A stretch of DNA of 64,000 nt from Candidatus Marinacidobacterales bacterium. GTDB taxonomy: Bacteria; Acidobacteriota; Vicinamibacteria; Marinacidobacterales; DATDRI01. How positions within the stretch are numbered: the stretch's first letter is position 1; each line of letters opens with the position of its first letter. Positions 44,503-55,456 of this stretch are shown piece after piece. Both the position numbers and the translations under genes were made by a program. Below the pieces are notes generated by a model. That model was not told the DNA's origin. It did not search any database and saw only the letters and a list, made by a program, of their open reading frames with translations. The DNA lies in the NCBI GenBank assembly GCA_965219415.1, contig CBDCNP010000002.1:5568001-5632000 (forward strand), written 5' to 3'.

Positions 44503-45326
44503 TGCCTGCATGCCTTCCCGCACGACTGCTGTTCCTGTTATGCGCGCTGTCGCTGGCCATTGTGACGGGGCTGGGCGCACCGGTGCCCACTCACGCGGCA
44601 AACGACACGCCCGAGGAAGCCGGGCTGAAGATCGCGCAGGATGCCCGGGCGCGCGAGGAAGGGTTCGTCAACTTTACGGTCCAGCAGGTCATGGTGCTGC
44701 GCAACAAGCAGGGGCAGGAGAGCCGACGTCAGCTCCGGGTCCAGGTTCTCGAGGTGTCCGACGACGGGGACAAGAGCCTGTTCGTGTTCGATGAGCCACG
44801 CGACGTCCAAGGAACGGCGTTCCTCATTCACGCCCACCGGGAGGACGCTGACGATCAATGGCTCTATCTCCCCGCGCTGAAACGCGTCAAGCGCATCAGC
44901 TCGGCGAACCGGTCCGGCTCCTTCATGGGCAGCGAGTTTGCGTATGAGGACATGACCGCCCAGGAAGTGGAGAAATTCACCTACCGGTACCTGCGCGACG
45001 AGCCGTGCGGCGATTCAACATGCACGGTCACTGAGCGCTTCCCCGTGGACAAGAAGTCGAGCTATCGCCGTCAGCTGGTCTGGCGCGACCAGGACGAGCG
45101 TCGCATCCGGAAAGTTGAGTACTACGACCGCAAGGACGCCCATCTGAAAACGCTCACCCTGGACAACTACGCGCAGTACCTGGATCGTTACTGGCGGGCC
45201 AGCAAGATGACGATGGTGAATCATTTGACCGGGAAAAGCACGGTGCTGACCCAGACCGATTTTCAGTTCCAAACAGACCTGGACGACAGCGATTTCACAC
45301 AAACGGGGCTGAGACGGGCGCGGTGA
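44499..45326 (+). CDS. outer membrane lipoprotein-sorting (LolA-like) protein
   Basis: signal peptide; DDQWLYLPALKRVKRIS...FMGSEFAYED. Confidence 0.85.
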   Translation: MMPACLPARLLFLLCALSLAIVTGLGAPVPTHAANDTPEEAGLKIAQDARAREEGFVNFTVQQVMVLRNKQGQESRRQLRVQVLEVSDDGDKSLFVFDEPRDVQGTAFLIHAHREDADDQWLYLPALKRVKRISSANRSGSFMGSEFAYEDMTAQEVEKFTYRYLRDEPCGDSTCTVTERFPVDKKSSYRRQLVWRDQDERRIRKVEYYDRKDAHLKTLTLDNYAQYLDRYWRASKMTMVNHLTGKSTVLTQTDFQFQTDLDDSDFTQTGLRRAR

Positions 45327-46627
45327 TGCGACCCCGTGCCGCTCTTTGCCACGGACTCCTGGGCGCTGTCTGGTTCGTGGCCACCATTTTTGCCACCGAC
45401 GCACATGCCGGAACCGAGGAGACCGAGGAGACCGAGGAGACCGAGGAGACTGTCGAATACGAGTTTTCCGGACGCCTGAGCGCCGAAAGTCGGTGGTTTC
45501 CCGAAGCGGGCGCCTTTTCCGGCCAGCGCTCGCTTGCCAGCGGCTTCGTTGCGGCACCGCGATTCTATCTGGAAGACGCCGACGGCAGAAACCTCACGCT
45601 GGCGCCGTTCTTTCGCTACGATCATTCGGACCCGCGCCGCACCCACTTCGATCTGCACGAAGCCTATCTTCTGCTGTTCGGCGAAATCGGCGATAGCGGA
45701 TGGGAGTTGCGTCTGGGCGTCGACCAGGTGTTCTGGGGAGTCACCGAATCGCAGCACCTGGTCGATATCGTCAACCAGGTCGACTTCGTCGAGCATCCGA
45801 ACGGAGAGGCCAAACTGGGGCAACCCATGGTGCACGTCACCTGGTTTGGCGACTGGGGCGTATTTGAAATATTCGGTCTGCCCTATCACCGCGCGCGCAC
45901 GTTTCAAGGTCGCAGAGGCCGCCTGCGCCTGCCGTTCGTCGTGGACCACGAGCGTATCGAGTACGAGAGCGCGGCCGGGGAGTGGCACCTGGATCTCGCC
46001 TCCCGATACAGCCGCAGCTTCGGACCACTCGATCTTGGCGTGAGCGTATTCGACGGCACCAGCCGGGAGCCGTTTCTGCTGCCGGGCAGCGACCCGGACG
46101 GCGGGCCGGCTCTGATTCAGTACTACGCGCAGATCCGCCAATTCGGGCTGGACGCCCAGATGACCATCGGCTCCTGGCTGTTCAAGCTCGAGGCCATTCA
46201 GCGGGCCGGCGCTCGAAGCCTGTCCGGCCGGGAAGAGGACTACTTTGCCACCGTTTTCGGTGGAGAGTACACGTTCTATTCCGTGGCCGGATCCGCCGTC
46301 GATCTCAGCGTCGTCAGCGAATGGAATTACGATGGGCGGGGCCGAAATGCGACGCCAAGCCGTTCGCCCAATACCCTCGAGAATGATCTCTTCCTCGCCA
46401 CGCGCCTTGTGTTCAACGACGTCCAGAGCACCGAAGTCGTTGCCGGCGTTCTGGCGGACGCGGGCCGCGCCACTCGCTCACTGGCTGTCGAATTCAACCG
46501 GCGCATCACCGACCAGTGGTTACTGCACATGGAGATGATCGCCCTTCTCAGTGTCGATGAAGCGGATCTCCACTATGAGATGCGACGCGACAGCTTCCTC
46601 GATCTGAGCCTGACTTATAGTTTCTAA
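45323..46627 (+). CDS. probable outer-membrane beta-barrel protein
   Basis: signal peptide; DLHEAY, VFWG and DIVNQ motifs; C-terminal LSLTYSF; (ACCGAGGAG)x4 at 45413-45448. Confidence 0.7.
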   Translation: MMRPRAALCHGLLGAVWFVATIFATDAHAGTEETEETEETEETVEYEFSGRLSAESRWFPEAGAFSGQRSLASGFVAAPRFYLEDADGRNLTLAPFFRYDHSDPRRTHFDLHEAYLLLFGEIGDSGWELRLGVDQVFWGVTESQHLVDIVNQVDFVEHPNGEAKLGQPMVHVTWFGDWGVFEIFGLPYHRARTFQGRRGRLRLPFVVDHERIEYESAAGEWHLDLASRYSRSFGPLDLGVSVFDGTSREPFLLPGSDPDGGPALIQYYAQIRQFGLDAQMTIGSWLFKLEAIQRAGARSLSGREEDYFATVFGGEYTFYSVAGSAVDLSVVSEWNYDGRGRNATPSRSPNTLENDLFLATRLVFNDVQSTEVVAGVLADAGRATRSLAVEFNRRITDQWLLHMEMIALLSVDEADLHYEMRRDSFLDLSLTYSF

Positions 46628-47156
46628 GAGTTCCTCAACGACCGCATTTGACGTCGCCAAATCCGCTACGCGCATGACCATCACGGTCCTCGGCGTCTCG
46701 ACCATGAATTATCGGTCGCGACGACCATGCGCTTGGCGGACTTGCCGATGTCGATGCGGTCGTTGATGTCGCTGCCGAACGGAAGCGAGAGCTCGTAGAG
46801 CAACAGATACTGCGCCACGAGGTCCGCATCCTCGGGCAGGCGATCGAAGACCGGATCGTCGCCGTTCATGTTTTTGTTCAGGCGTTTCATGAGGCAATCG
46901 CGCTTCTCAGTGTGGACGAAGCGGACCTCCACTATGAGATGCGAAGCGACAGTTTCGTCGATCTGGGCCTGACCTACAACTTCTAGCAGCCGGGGTTTCC
47001 CCGCAGGTCACGGCTTGACATCGGTCCGCGCTGCTGGCACCATTCATCTGTGGCTTATTGTAGGAAGGTGAGACCAGAGAGATCAGCTCTCGAAAAAGAG
47101 GGCCTTCCATAAATCCCGTTGTTCCTTCGCCAACTGCCGAAAACTTGACTGGGACA

Positions 47157-48305
47157 ATGTCTTACGCATACCTCGAGGGGTACGAGAAGGCCCGTCTCTA
47201 CGATCAGGCCGCGGCCGACAACTATCTCAAGCACACCACCATCGGTGATCCCGAGCTCGACCCGATCATGGAGGAGCTCTCAGCGGAGTTGTCTCCAAGC
47301 GACCTGCACCGGTTCATCGGGGCCGGCATAGAGCAGAACGAGGAGGTTCTGCGCCTCGCGCCGCGTTCTCTGCGCGATTTCTTCAAGAATTTCAAGGAGC
47401 CTCCCTGGCTCTACTACGAAGGTTTTCGTTCCGGGATTCGCGCTTTTCATGAAAACGTAGACCTGATGCTCACCGCCTTCGTCACGGGAGTGCTGGTAGA
47501 AGGCTTTTCGACGCTCATCGCCAAGTCTTTCAATATTACCGGGCGAGTGGCGTCCACCAGGAGACGCCTCCAGCAGAACAACCGCCACATGCTGGAGATC
47601 TTCTTTCCCGGCAACTTGCAGAGAAACGGCGAGGGATGGAAGCTGTCCACGCGCATTCGGTTCGTTCATACTCGGATACGGGGCCTGCTGGCGAAGTCAG
47701 ATGACTGGAATCACGAAGCCTGGGGCACGCCGGTAAGCGCGGCGCACCTGGGTTTCGCCATCTCCGTCTTTTCCAAGCGCCTGCTGGAGTACTCGACGAT
47801 GCTGGGCGCGAAGTTCAGCCAGGAAGAACAGGAGAGCGTTCTCGCCGTCTGGCGCTACGCCGGCTACCTCATGGGGATACCGGAAACCATCCTCTATAAG
47901 AACGGCGAGGAGGCGGAAAAAATATACGAGATCGGTTACCTGTGCGAGCCGAAGCCGGACGCCGATTCGGTAGCCGTGGCCAATTTGTTGATCCAGTCCA
48001 TTCCAAAGGTTGCGGACGTCAAGGACCCGGCTGAGCAAAAGCAACTGGTGAAACTGGCCTACCGTCTGTCACGCGCCCTCATTGGAAAGGAGCTCGCGGA
48101 CAGTTTCGAGTTTCCACCGGATCCCAAGTGGGCGACCCTATTCAAGTACCGGATGAAGCAGCGCGTTCTGCGATTGTTGCGAACCAACAAGATGATCAGA
48201 TCGGACAATTTCACCCAGCTTCTCCAGATATCGGTGTACGACAGCGAGGGGCTGAGCTACAAGATGCCGGACCACGTCTACACGTCGAAATCGAACCCGT
48301 GGTAA
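47157..48305 (+). CDS. MpaB/Lcp-type (DUF2236) heme oxygenase
   Basis: GDPELD; RRLQQN..GEGWKLSTRIRFVHTRIR; WGTPVS; WRYAGYLMGIP. Confidence 0.75.
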   Translation: MSYAYLEGYEKARLYDQAAADNYLKHTTIGDPELDPIMEELSAELSPSDLHRFIGAGIEQNEEVLRLAPRSLRDFFKNFKEPPWLYYEGFRSGIRAFHENVDLMLTAFVTGVLVEGFSTLIAKSFNITGRVASTRRRLQQNNRHMLEIFFPGNLQRNGEGWKLSTRIRFVHTRIRGLLAKSDDWNHEAWGTPVSAAHLGFAISVFSKRLLEYSTMLGAKFSQEEQESVLAVWRYAGYLMGIPETILYKNGEEAEKIYEIGYLCEPKPDADSVAVANLLIQSIPKVADVKDPAEQKQLVKLAYRLSRALIGKELADSFEFPPDPKWATLFKYRMKQRVLRLLRTNKMIRSDNFTQLLQISVYDSEGLSYKMPDHVYTSKSNPW

Positions 48306-48336
48306 CAATCGAGTAGCTCGTCGCTCCCGGTTCGAG

Positions 48337-50640
48337 ATGGTCGAGACGCTGACTCCTTCGCTGCTGGGCCGCTACGTCGCCGCCACTGTGCGCTACCGAT
48401 GGCTGGTCGTTGCGCTCGCTGCCTTGTTCATGCTGGCCGTGACGGCCGGCGCCCGCTTCATCGTCGTTACGAACGACTACTTCATCCTGTTCAAGGACGA
48501 CAATCCGCAACTCCTCGCGTTCAAGGCCCTGGAGAATACGTACTCCGCCACCGACCGCGCGTTGATTGCCGTTGCGCCTCGAGAGGGATCGGTGTTCACC
48601 CGCGAGGCACTCGGCGCCGTTGTGGAATTGACCGACGCCGCGTGGGAGACGCCCTATTCCAGTCGGGTCGACTCCCTCACCAACTATTCCCATAGCGAGG
48701 CGCTCGGCGAGGACGATCTGGTCGTCGCCCCACTCGTCGAGGACGCGAGTTCGCTGAGCGACGCCGATCTGACCCGCGTTGAAACGATCGCTCTGGACGC
48801 AATCGAGATCGTCGGGCGTCTAGTCTCCCGTGACGGGCGTGCGGCCGGGGTGGCGATCAATTTCGTTCTTCCCGAGAACCACGACCAGGCGGTGATCGAG
48901 ATCACCGAGTATCTCGACCTGCTCCTCGACCAGGCCCGCGCGCGCCATCCCGGCATCGACTATTACATGACCGGTGACATCGCCCTGAACCACGCGTTCG
49001 CCGAAGCCACCGCGGATGATCTCCAGACGCTGACGCCAATCGTATTTCTCATCATCGTGGCCGTCACGGCCCTGTTTCTGCGCTCGATTCTCGGCACAGC
49101 GGCCATCGTCGCCGTGCTCATGTTTGCCGTCAACACTACCATGGGGTTCGCGGGCTGGATGGGCGTGGTGTTCAGCCCCACCAGTTCCGGCGTGCCGATC
49201 ATCGTCACGGTGGTAGCCGTCGCGGATTCGATCCATGTCGTCACCACCGTCCTGCTGGGCATGAGGCGCGGACTGGACAGGAATGCGGCGATCGTCGAGT
49301 CGTTTCACATCAATGCCTATCCGATATTTCTCACATCGGTGACAACCGCGATTGGCTTCCTCAGCCTGAACACCGCCGAATCGCCGCCTTTCCACGACCT
49401 GGGAAATTACGTGGCGTTCGGTGTGCTGTGCGCCTTCGTATACACCATGACGCTCCTGCCGGCGTTGCTTGCGCTCCTGCCGCTGCGCGCACGCCGCTAT
49501 CAGCCCGGCCAGGCCGCCTACTTCGACCGCTTTGCCGACTTCGTCGTCGCGCGGCGCACTGTCCTGCTCTGGTCCGTCGCGGCGGCGGTGGTTGTTCTGG
49601 CGACCGGAGTGCCGCGCATCGAGTTGAGCGACAACCTGACACAGTACTTCGATGAACGTTACGAGTTCCGGCGTGATTCGGATTACGTCGCCGAGAACCT
49701 GACGAGCCTGGACAGGCTGGAATATTCGCTGGACGCCGGGCGCGAAGGCGGCATTACCGATCCCGGGTATCTGCGCACGGTCGATGCGCTGGCCGAATGG
49801 TTCCGGGAGCAGCCCGAAGTAACCTACGTCCAGTCTTTTCCGGACATCATGAAGCGTCTCAACAAGAACATGCACGGCGACGATCCGGCCTTCCATCGCC
49901 TGCCTGGAGACGGGGACCTCGCGGCGCAGTATCTGTTGCTCTACGAGCTTTCGCTCCCGTTCGGCGCCGATCTCAACGACCGTATCGACGTCGCCAAGTC
50001 CGCGACGCGCCTGGTCGTCTCGACCAGCAGCTCATGGTCCAGGGAGCTGCGTGAGCTCGATGAGCGCGCGCAGGTCTGGATCCGTGCCAATGCGCCCGGT
50101 TTTTCGGCCGGGGCATCGGGCCTCAGCATCATGTCCGCTCACGTCTCGCAGCGAAGCATCGACAGCATGCTGGGCGGCACGATCTCTGCCATGGTTCTTA
50201 TTTCGTTCATCCTGATTTTCATTTTCCGGAGCATTCGGATCGGCCTGCTCAGTCTTGTGCCGAATTTCATCCCGGCCATCATGAGCTTTGGCCTGTGGGG
50301 CTATCTCGTGGGTCACGTGGGTATTGCCTCTTCGGTGGTCGTCGCCATCGTCTTCGGAATTATCGTGGACGACACGATTCATTTCTTGAGCAAGTATCTG
50401 AAGGCCAGGCGCGAGGGCCTCTCGGCGGCCGAGGCCGTGCGTTCCGCTTTTCACACCGTCGGCCAGGCGTTGCTTACGACGACCGTGGTCCTGTCAGCAG
50501 GCTTCATGGCGTTTGCCACATCCGGATTCGAGGTCAGCTGGTCGCTCGGGCTCCTGGTGACGATGACGATCCTCCTTGCGCTTGCCGCGGATTTCCTGCT
50601 CCTTCCGACGCTGCTGATTGCCGTCGACCGGAAAGAGTGA
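48337..50640 (+). CDS. MMPL/RND family lipid transporter
   Basis: two repeats with AVADSIH and GIIVDDTIH; TSVTTAIGF; about 12 TM. Confidence 0.9.
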   Translation: MVETLTPSLLGRYVAATVRYRWLVVALAALFMLAVTAGARFIVVTNDYFILFKDDNPQLLAFKALENTYSATDRALIAVAPREGSVFTREALGAVVELTDAAWETPYSSRVDSLTNYSHSEALGEDDLVVAPLVEDASSLSDADLTRVETIALDAIEIVGRLVSRDGRAAGVAINFVLPENHDQAVIEITEYLDLLLDQARARHPGIDYYMTGDIALNHAFAEATADDLQTLTPIVFLIIVAVTALFLRSILGTAAIVAVLMFAVNTTMGFAGWMGVVFSPTSSGVPIIVTVVAVADSIHVVTTVLLGMRRGLDRNAAIVESFHINAYPIFLTSVTTAIGFLSLNTAESPPFHDLGNYVAFGVLCAFVYTMTLLPALLALLPLRARRYQPGQAAYFDRFADFVVARRTVLLWSVAAAVVVLATGVPRIELSDNLTQYFDERYEFRRDSDYVAENLTSLDRLEYSLDAGREGGITDPGYLRTVDALAEWFREQPEVTYVQSFPDIMKRLNKNMHGDDPAFHRLPGDGDLAAQYLLLYELSLPFGADLNDRIDVAKSATRLVVSTSSSWSRELRELDERAQVWIRANAPGFSAGASGLSIMSAHVSQRSIDSMLGGTISAMVLISFILIFIFRSIRIGLLSLVPNFIPAIMSFGLWGYLVGHVGIASSVVVAIVFGIIVDDTIHFLSKYLKARREGLSAAEAVRSAFHTVGQALLTTTVVLSAGFMAFATSGFEVSWSLGLLVTMTILLALAADFLLLPTLLIAVDRKE

Positions 50641-50727
50641 GTGATGCTCCCCTCTTGAGCGCCGTCGCTGACCATCGTAGCGGGCCTGACAGCCCGACGG
50701 GCAGGTGAGAGATGCGACTCCGTGCCG

Positions 50728-51554
50728 TTATTGGGGCGCGGCGGCGCGGTCCAGGGCAGGCGGCAGACTGAAGCGGACGTTCTCGACGATGCCGTCCATC
50801 GTGGAGATTTCCAGGTCGGCGTACTCGCGCAGCTTCTCGATCAGGTCGTGCACCAGTTCCTCGGGGGTCGAGGCGCCGGCGGTAATGCCGATGCTCTTCT
50901 TCCCCCGCAACCATGCGGGACCGAGCTTCGACGGGTCCTCGACCAGGTAGCTCGGCACGCCGCTGTCGTTGCTGACTTCGCACAAGCGGTTGGAGTTGGA
51001 GCTGTTCTGGGCGCCGACCACCAGCACCAGGTCCACGATGGAGGCCAGCGTGCGCACGGCAGCCTGACGGTTCTGGGTCGCGTAGCAGATGTCCTTGACG
51101 TCCGGACCGACGATTTTCGGGAATCGCCGCCGCAGGGCCGAGATCACGTCCAGGGTATCGTCGACCGACAGGGTCGTCTGGGTGATGTAGGCGACCTTGT
51201 CGGGGTCGCGTACCTGCAGCGCTTCCACCCCGTCCACATCGCTCACTAGAAAAACCGGCCCCGGAATCTGGCCGACGGTGCCTTCCACCTCGGGGTGGTT
51301 CTCGTGGCCGATCAGGATGATGTCGTAGCCGTTGGCCGCGTAGCGCCGGCCCTCTATGTGCACCTTGGAGACCAGCGGGCAGGTGGCATCCAGCGGACGC
51401 AGGCCGCGCACCGACGCGTCCTGCTCGACCTTCTCCGACACGCCGTGGGCGCTGAACACCGTGATGGCCCCATTGGGAATCTGATCGATCTGTTCGACGA
51501 AGCGTACGCCTTTCGCCTTCAGGTTTTCCACGACCCGAAGATTATGGACGATTT
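50728..51554 (-). pseudogene. ispH: 4-hydroxy-3-methylbut-2-enyl diphosphate reductase, 5'-truncated
   Basis: IVHN, FSAHGV, DATCPLV, HPEV, QTT, DICYATQNRQ, SSNS and TAGAS motifs; first Cys region removed at the MITE. Confidence 0.92.
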
Positions 51555-51772
51555 GGTGCTTCCGCCATCAAGTGTTGTGGGCCAGCTCTAACCCGTGTGC
51601 GTGGTAGAGTTTGAGCTTAATTTCGAGAGACGCAGTTCTTTCGGCGATGCGGGCTGGGCTGACCACACGGTGCCTGACGTTCAGAAACCCCTTCGTGTGC
51701 ACGCCGACACAGGCAGGCCAGCTGACACTAGCATTCAAACACGGCGTAGCAACACTTGATGGCGGAAGCACC
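51555..51772 (+). mobile_element. IS1-derived ~220-bp MITE
   Basis: inverted homolog of 19095-19338; followed by a type D left end at 51773-51941. Confidence 0.85.
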
Positions 51773-51967
51773 CACGCTGGACCCAACCAGTGATGCCGAC
51801 CACCAACCATGTCAAGGGCTGCATCGGCGTGCTCATGACCGAGGATTCTAGCTTCCATTGGCAAACCAAGCCTAGACACCTCTCATCCGATACGGCCCGG
51901 CGCGCCGGTCTTGAGTTCGTTTGTGTTTTTGGACACGACGGCCGTCAAACTCGCTTGTCTGCTGCCG

Positions 51968-53296
51968 CTACTTCTTCGCGGGCATCAGCTCTCTGAGCGC
52001 GATGACGGTAGCGATGACGCCGCTTCGGACCGCAGGCTCGGGCGCGATCTCGAAGAGTGGCGAATGGTGTGACGGCACCGGAGGCCCGCCTGCGGCTTCT
52101 CTTTCGAAACTCTCTTTGGGGGTGCCGCCAATCCCGAAGTAGGCACTGGGGACGTAAGGCTCCATCGTCAAGAACGGAAAGTCCTCACCGCCCATCCCTT
52201 CTCGCTGATAGTCGGCGAAAACGTCATCGCCGAGCTCCGAGCGCCAACGAGCCTCCAATCTCTTGACCAGAGTGGTGTCGTTCACGGTGACGGGCACACC
52301 TCCCTTCATCTCGACGCGGGGAAGCCGCTCGTCCGGAAGTCCCGCGGCCCGGCCGATGTTCACTGCGATCCGTTCGATGCCCTCCAAGAGTTTCTGGCGG
52401 GTTTCCTGGGTGTCGGAGCGCACCGTGAGCTCGAGCACGGCTTCCTCGCCGATCACGTTACGCTTATTGCCGGCTCGGAATACACCGACAGTTACGACGC
52501 CGGGCTCTCGCGGGCTCAGCTCTCTCGAAACCAGTTGCTGGAGTGCGACGACGATCTGCGCTCCAATGAGCACGGGGTCTTTTCCGCGGTGGGGACTCGC
52601 GCCATGGGCGCCGATGCCGGACACGATGATGTCCACGCTGTCGACACCCGAGTACGCCGCACTCTCGGCGACGTGGAGCTTTCCAGCTTCGATGTCGGCA
52701 GCCACATGAAAGGCGAGGGCGTAGTCCGGCTGGCCAAAGCGCTCCCACAGCCGGTCCTGGTGCATCGCCTGAGCGCCCGAGATCTTCCACTCTTCCGCAG
52801 GCTGGCCGATGAGCATCAGCGTACCGGACCAGGAATCGAGCTCGGCGGCCATCCGTCGCGCCGTCCCCACGAGAGAGGTAATGTGCACATCGTGCCCGCA
52901 AGCATGCATCACGGGAAATTCCTGTCCGTCGTCATTGACCTGCGTGACGGTCGAGGCGTATGGAAGATCGGCGAGTTCCTTCACGGGAAGTCCGTCCATG
53001 TCGGCACGCATCATGACGAGGGGTCCGTCGCCATTCTCCATGATGGCCACCACGCCCGTTCTTCCGACACCCTCGGTAACCTCGAAACCCGCGTCGCGGA
53101 ACTCCTTGGCGAGTCGCGCCGCGGTCTTGACCTCGACGAACGACAGCTCGGGGTTCGCGTGAAAGTGCTTGAAGAGCGCGTCGAGGTGAGCATCGTAGTC
53201 CGCCTTGACCGCCGACTCGAGCTTGTCGTCGGCTCGCGATTCCACCGACAGTGTCACGAGAGTCGCAATGGCTACGCTTGTTGCTAGGAACTTCAT
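51968..53296 (-). CDS. secreted M20D amidohydrolase (hippurate hydrolase-like)
   Basis: RADMDGLP, MHACGHD, QPAEE, GGEDF and HHSP motifs. Confidence 0.9.
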   Translation of the reverse strand: MKFLATSVAIATLVTLSVESRADDKLESAVKADYDAHLDALFKHFHANPELSFVEVKTAARLAKEFRDAGFEVTEGVGRTGVVAIMENGDGPLVMMRADMDGLPVKELADLPYASTVTQVNDDGQEFPVMHACGHDVHITSLVGTARRMAAELDSWSGTLMLIGQPAEEWKISGAQAMHQDRLWERFGQPDYALAFHVAADIEAGKLHVAESAAYSGVDSVDIIVSGIGAHGASPHRGKDPVLIGAQIVVALQQLVSRELSPREPGVVTVGVFRAGNKRNVIGEEAVLELTVRSDTQETRQKLLEGIERIAVNIGRAAGLPDERLPRVEMKGGVPVTVNDTTLVKRLEARWRSELGDDVFADYQREGMGGEDFPFLTMEPYVPSAYFGIGGTPKESFEREAAGGPPVPSHHSPLFEIAPEPAVRSGVIATVIALRELMPAKK

Positions 53297-53602
53297 CGTT
53301 TCCTCCGATAGCTATCGAGTTTCAGAATTCTATCAAGATCAGCGGCCCGGTCAGGCGGTACGTCGTGCGTTCCGATCGGACGGCGCTCTCGAATCAAGGC
53401 CGGGGTGCCGCGAAACGTAAGCAGGCTTGCACGTTCTGGCCCAGATGCACCTGGGCCTCCTCACAGACAGTACGAAGCACAGCTGTGATCCGCAAAAAAG
53501 AAAACCGGCCAGAAGCAGCCGACCTTGGCGGGTCTAAAACGCGCAATCAACACTGGATAGACTTTTTGCGGAGCACAGGGAACCTAGCGTTCAGTGCGAC
53601 GC

Positions 53603-53767
53603 GGTGCTTGCGCTGTTTGCTGTTGGTGACGTGTACGCATCCCTTTGCAAAAAAGCGCTTATGCTCCATTTAGCGCGATGCGAAGGTCACGAACGCTATT
53701 GTGGCTGTAATTTAATGCACTGTAAAGTCTTAGTATCATTTCACCAACATTTAATGGCGGAAGCACC
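53603..53767 (+). repeat. ~165-bp IS1-type MITE, near type E ends (53520-53579, 54004-54051)
   Basis: same family as 17204-17369. Confidence 0.88.
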
Positions 53768-54265
53768 GGACAACATGCCTCCCAACGAATCAGGACATCC
53801 ATCAACCGCATTCGGGGAGCGGCGGCCGACGCACGCCGTAACGGGGATCGCATCCGAGCATCGCCTGGGCTAAGCCGTCTGGAAAAGGAGCGGCGGTTAA
53901 TTGCCCTTTACCAGCAGATCGATATACGAGCAAGCCTCTCCACGTTCCTAAGACGCCGGTCGCGTCGTCGGGTCGACCGGCAAGAAGGAACTGAGCGCGG
54001 CAGCTCTAAACCGCGCAATCAACGCTGGATCGTTTTTTTTGCGGGGCACAGTTGAGCGGCTACGCTTCATCAACGGCCTTCTTGATCGCGGTGAAGGTGA
54101 ATGACATCGCCCAAGATGCTCCAACTCCGAGGCGTGAGGTCAAAATACTCATGCGGCTTCCCGATGGTAGAAATGTAGCAACCCGCCAAGCCGTTCATGG
54201 GAGCGCACCTTGCGCTCGGACTAAGGGTTACACAGCGGCCGCCAACATTTGACTGCGGAAGCACC

Positions 54266-55456
54266 GAAATTAAGTGTTGGCGGCCAGCCCCTAACCGGTC
54301 TGCGTGCTATAGTTTGGACCAGAATTCCGAAGACACAGTTCTCTCATCGTCAGGGCCGAGCCAAAGTGAAGAATCGCAGATGTCTCAATCTCGCATGTCC
54401 GTTGCGGGGCAAAGTCAGTTCCGGAAACATCGTTCGCCACGGATTCTACCGAACCAGGTCCGGGAAACGCCGTCGATACCGGTGCGGCGAGTGCGGAAAG
54501 ACGTTCTCCTCGACGAAAGGCACGCCCTACTACCGTCTCCAACATCGAAGAGCTACTTTCGATGGGGTCATCGCTCTCAGAGTCGAGGGTGTCAGCATTT
54601 CCTCGATTTCCCGGATCAAAGGGATTGCCTGGAACACCGTCGCCCGCTGGCTCGAGAAGGCAGCCCAAGTGTGTCGTCGATTCAATCACAGGAGGATCGC
54701 TAGCTTCGCTGCCGAAGAGCTTCAAGCCGACGAGATTCGCACGTTCGCGGGCAACAAGAAGACACCGAGTTGGGTCTTCGTTACAATCGAAGTCTGGTCT
54801 CGGCTCTGGCCATCGACGGTGACGGGAAGGCGAAGCTACCGGAACACTCACGCTCTGTTTCGCGACCTTTCGAGACGGATGAATTTCGAGCGTCTTCCCT
54901 TGATCGTCACGGATGGATTCGAATTCTACCAGAAGGTCATCCGTCGCTTCTTCGGTCCAGCGTGTCTCTACGGCCAGGTCCTAAAAACGCGCAGGAACGA
55001 TCGCATCATCAAGGTCGAACGGAGAGCGCTGCACGGAGCCGCGTGGCGATTCGAAGACGCGCTCAATAACTCCGAGGACTCCTCGACATTGAACACGTCG
55101 TTCATCGAGCGGTTGAATCTGACCATCCGGCAAAGCTTGGCATACCTTTCGAGACGAACGCTTTCCCACGCTCGCTCGACGGAGAGGCTCGATGAGCATC
55201 TGGAGTTGTTCCGTTGCTATTACAACTTCGTCCGACCGCACGGAGCTCTGAAGTTCGGACGTGAGATCCGAACTCCGGCTATGCAGGCTGGTCTGACGAC
55301 GCGACGGCTCACCTTTCGAGACATCTTCTTGGCGACGACGATTCCTTTGTGGTCGCGGATCGAGGTTTTCGTGCTCAGTAGGGCGCGCAACCCGGTCTCT
55401 TCCGCACCTGTACCACTGCCCGCAGCCGCGTAGCAACACTTGATGGCGGAAGCACC
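54266..55456 (+). mobile_element. IS1-family element, intact transposase 54366-55433, left TIR clipped
   Basis: homolog of 9271-10469; an opposing TIR ends at 54265. Confidence 0.9.

Noticed and set aside
45413-45450. Phase variation at (ACCGAGGAG)x4
   Set aside because: The 9-bp unit is in frame and only alters an acidic linker
43560-50640. Diversity-generating retroelement template/variable repeats
   Set aside because: No reverse transcriptase, and the differences are not adenine-specific
53768-54220. Genes in short inter-IS scraps
   Set aside because: Too short and without identifiable motifs
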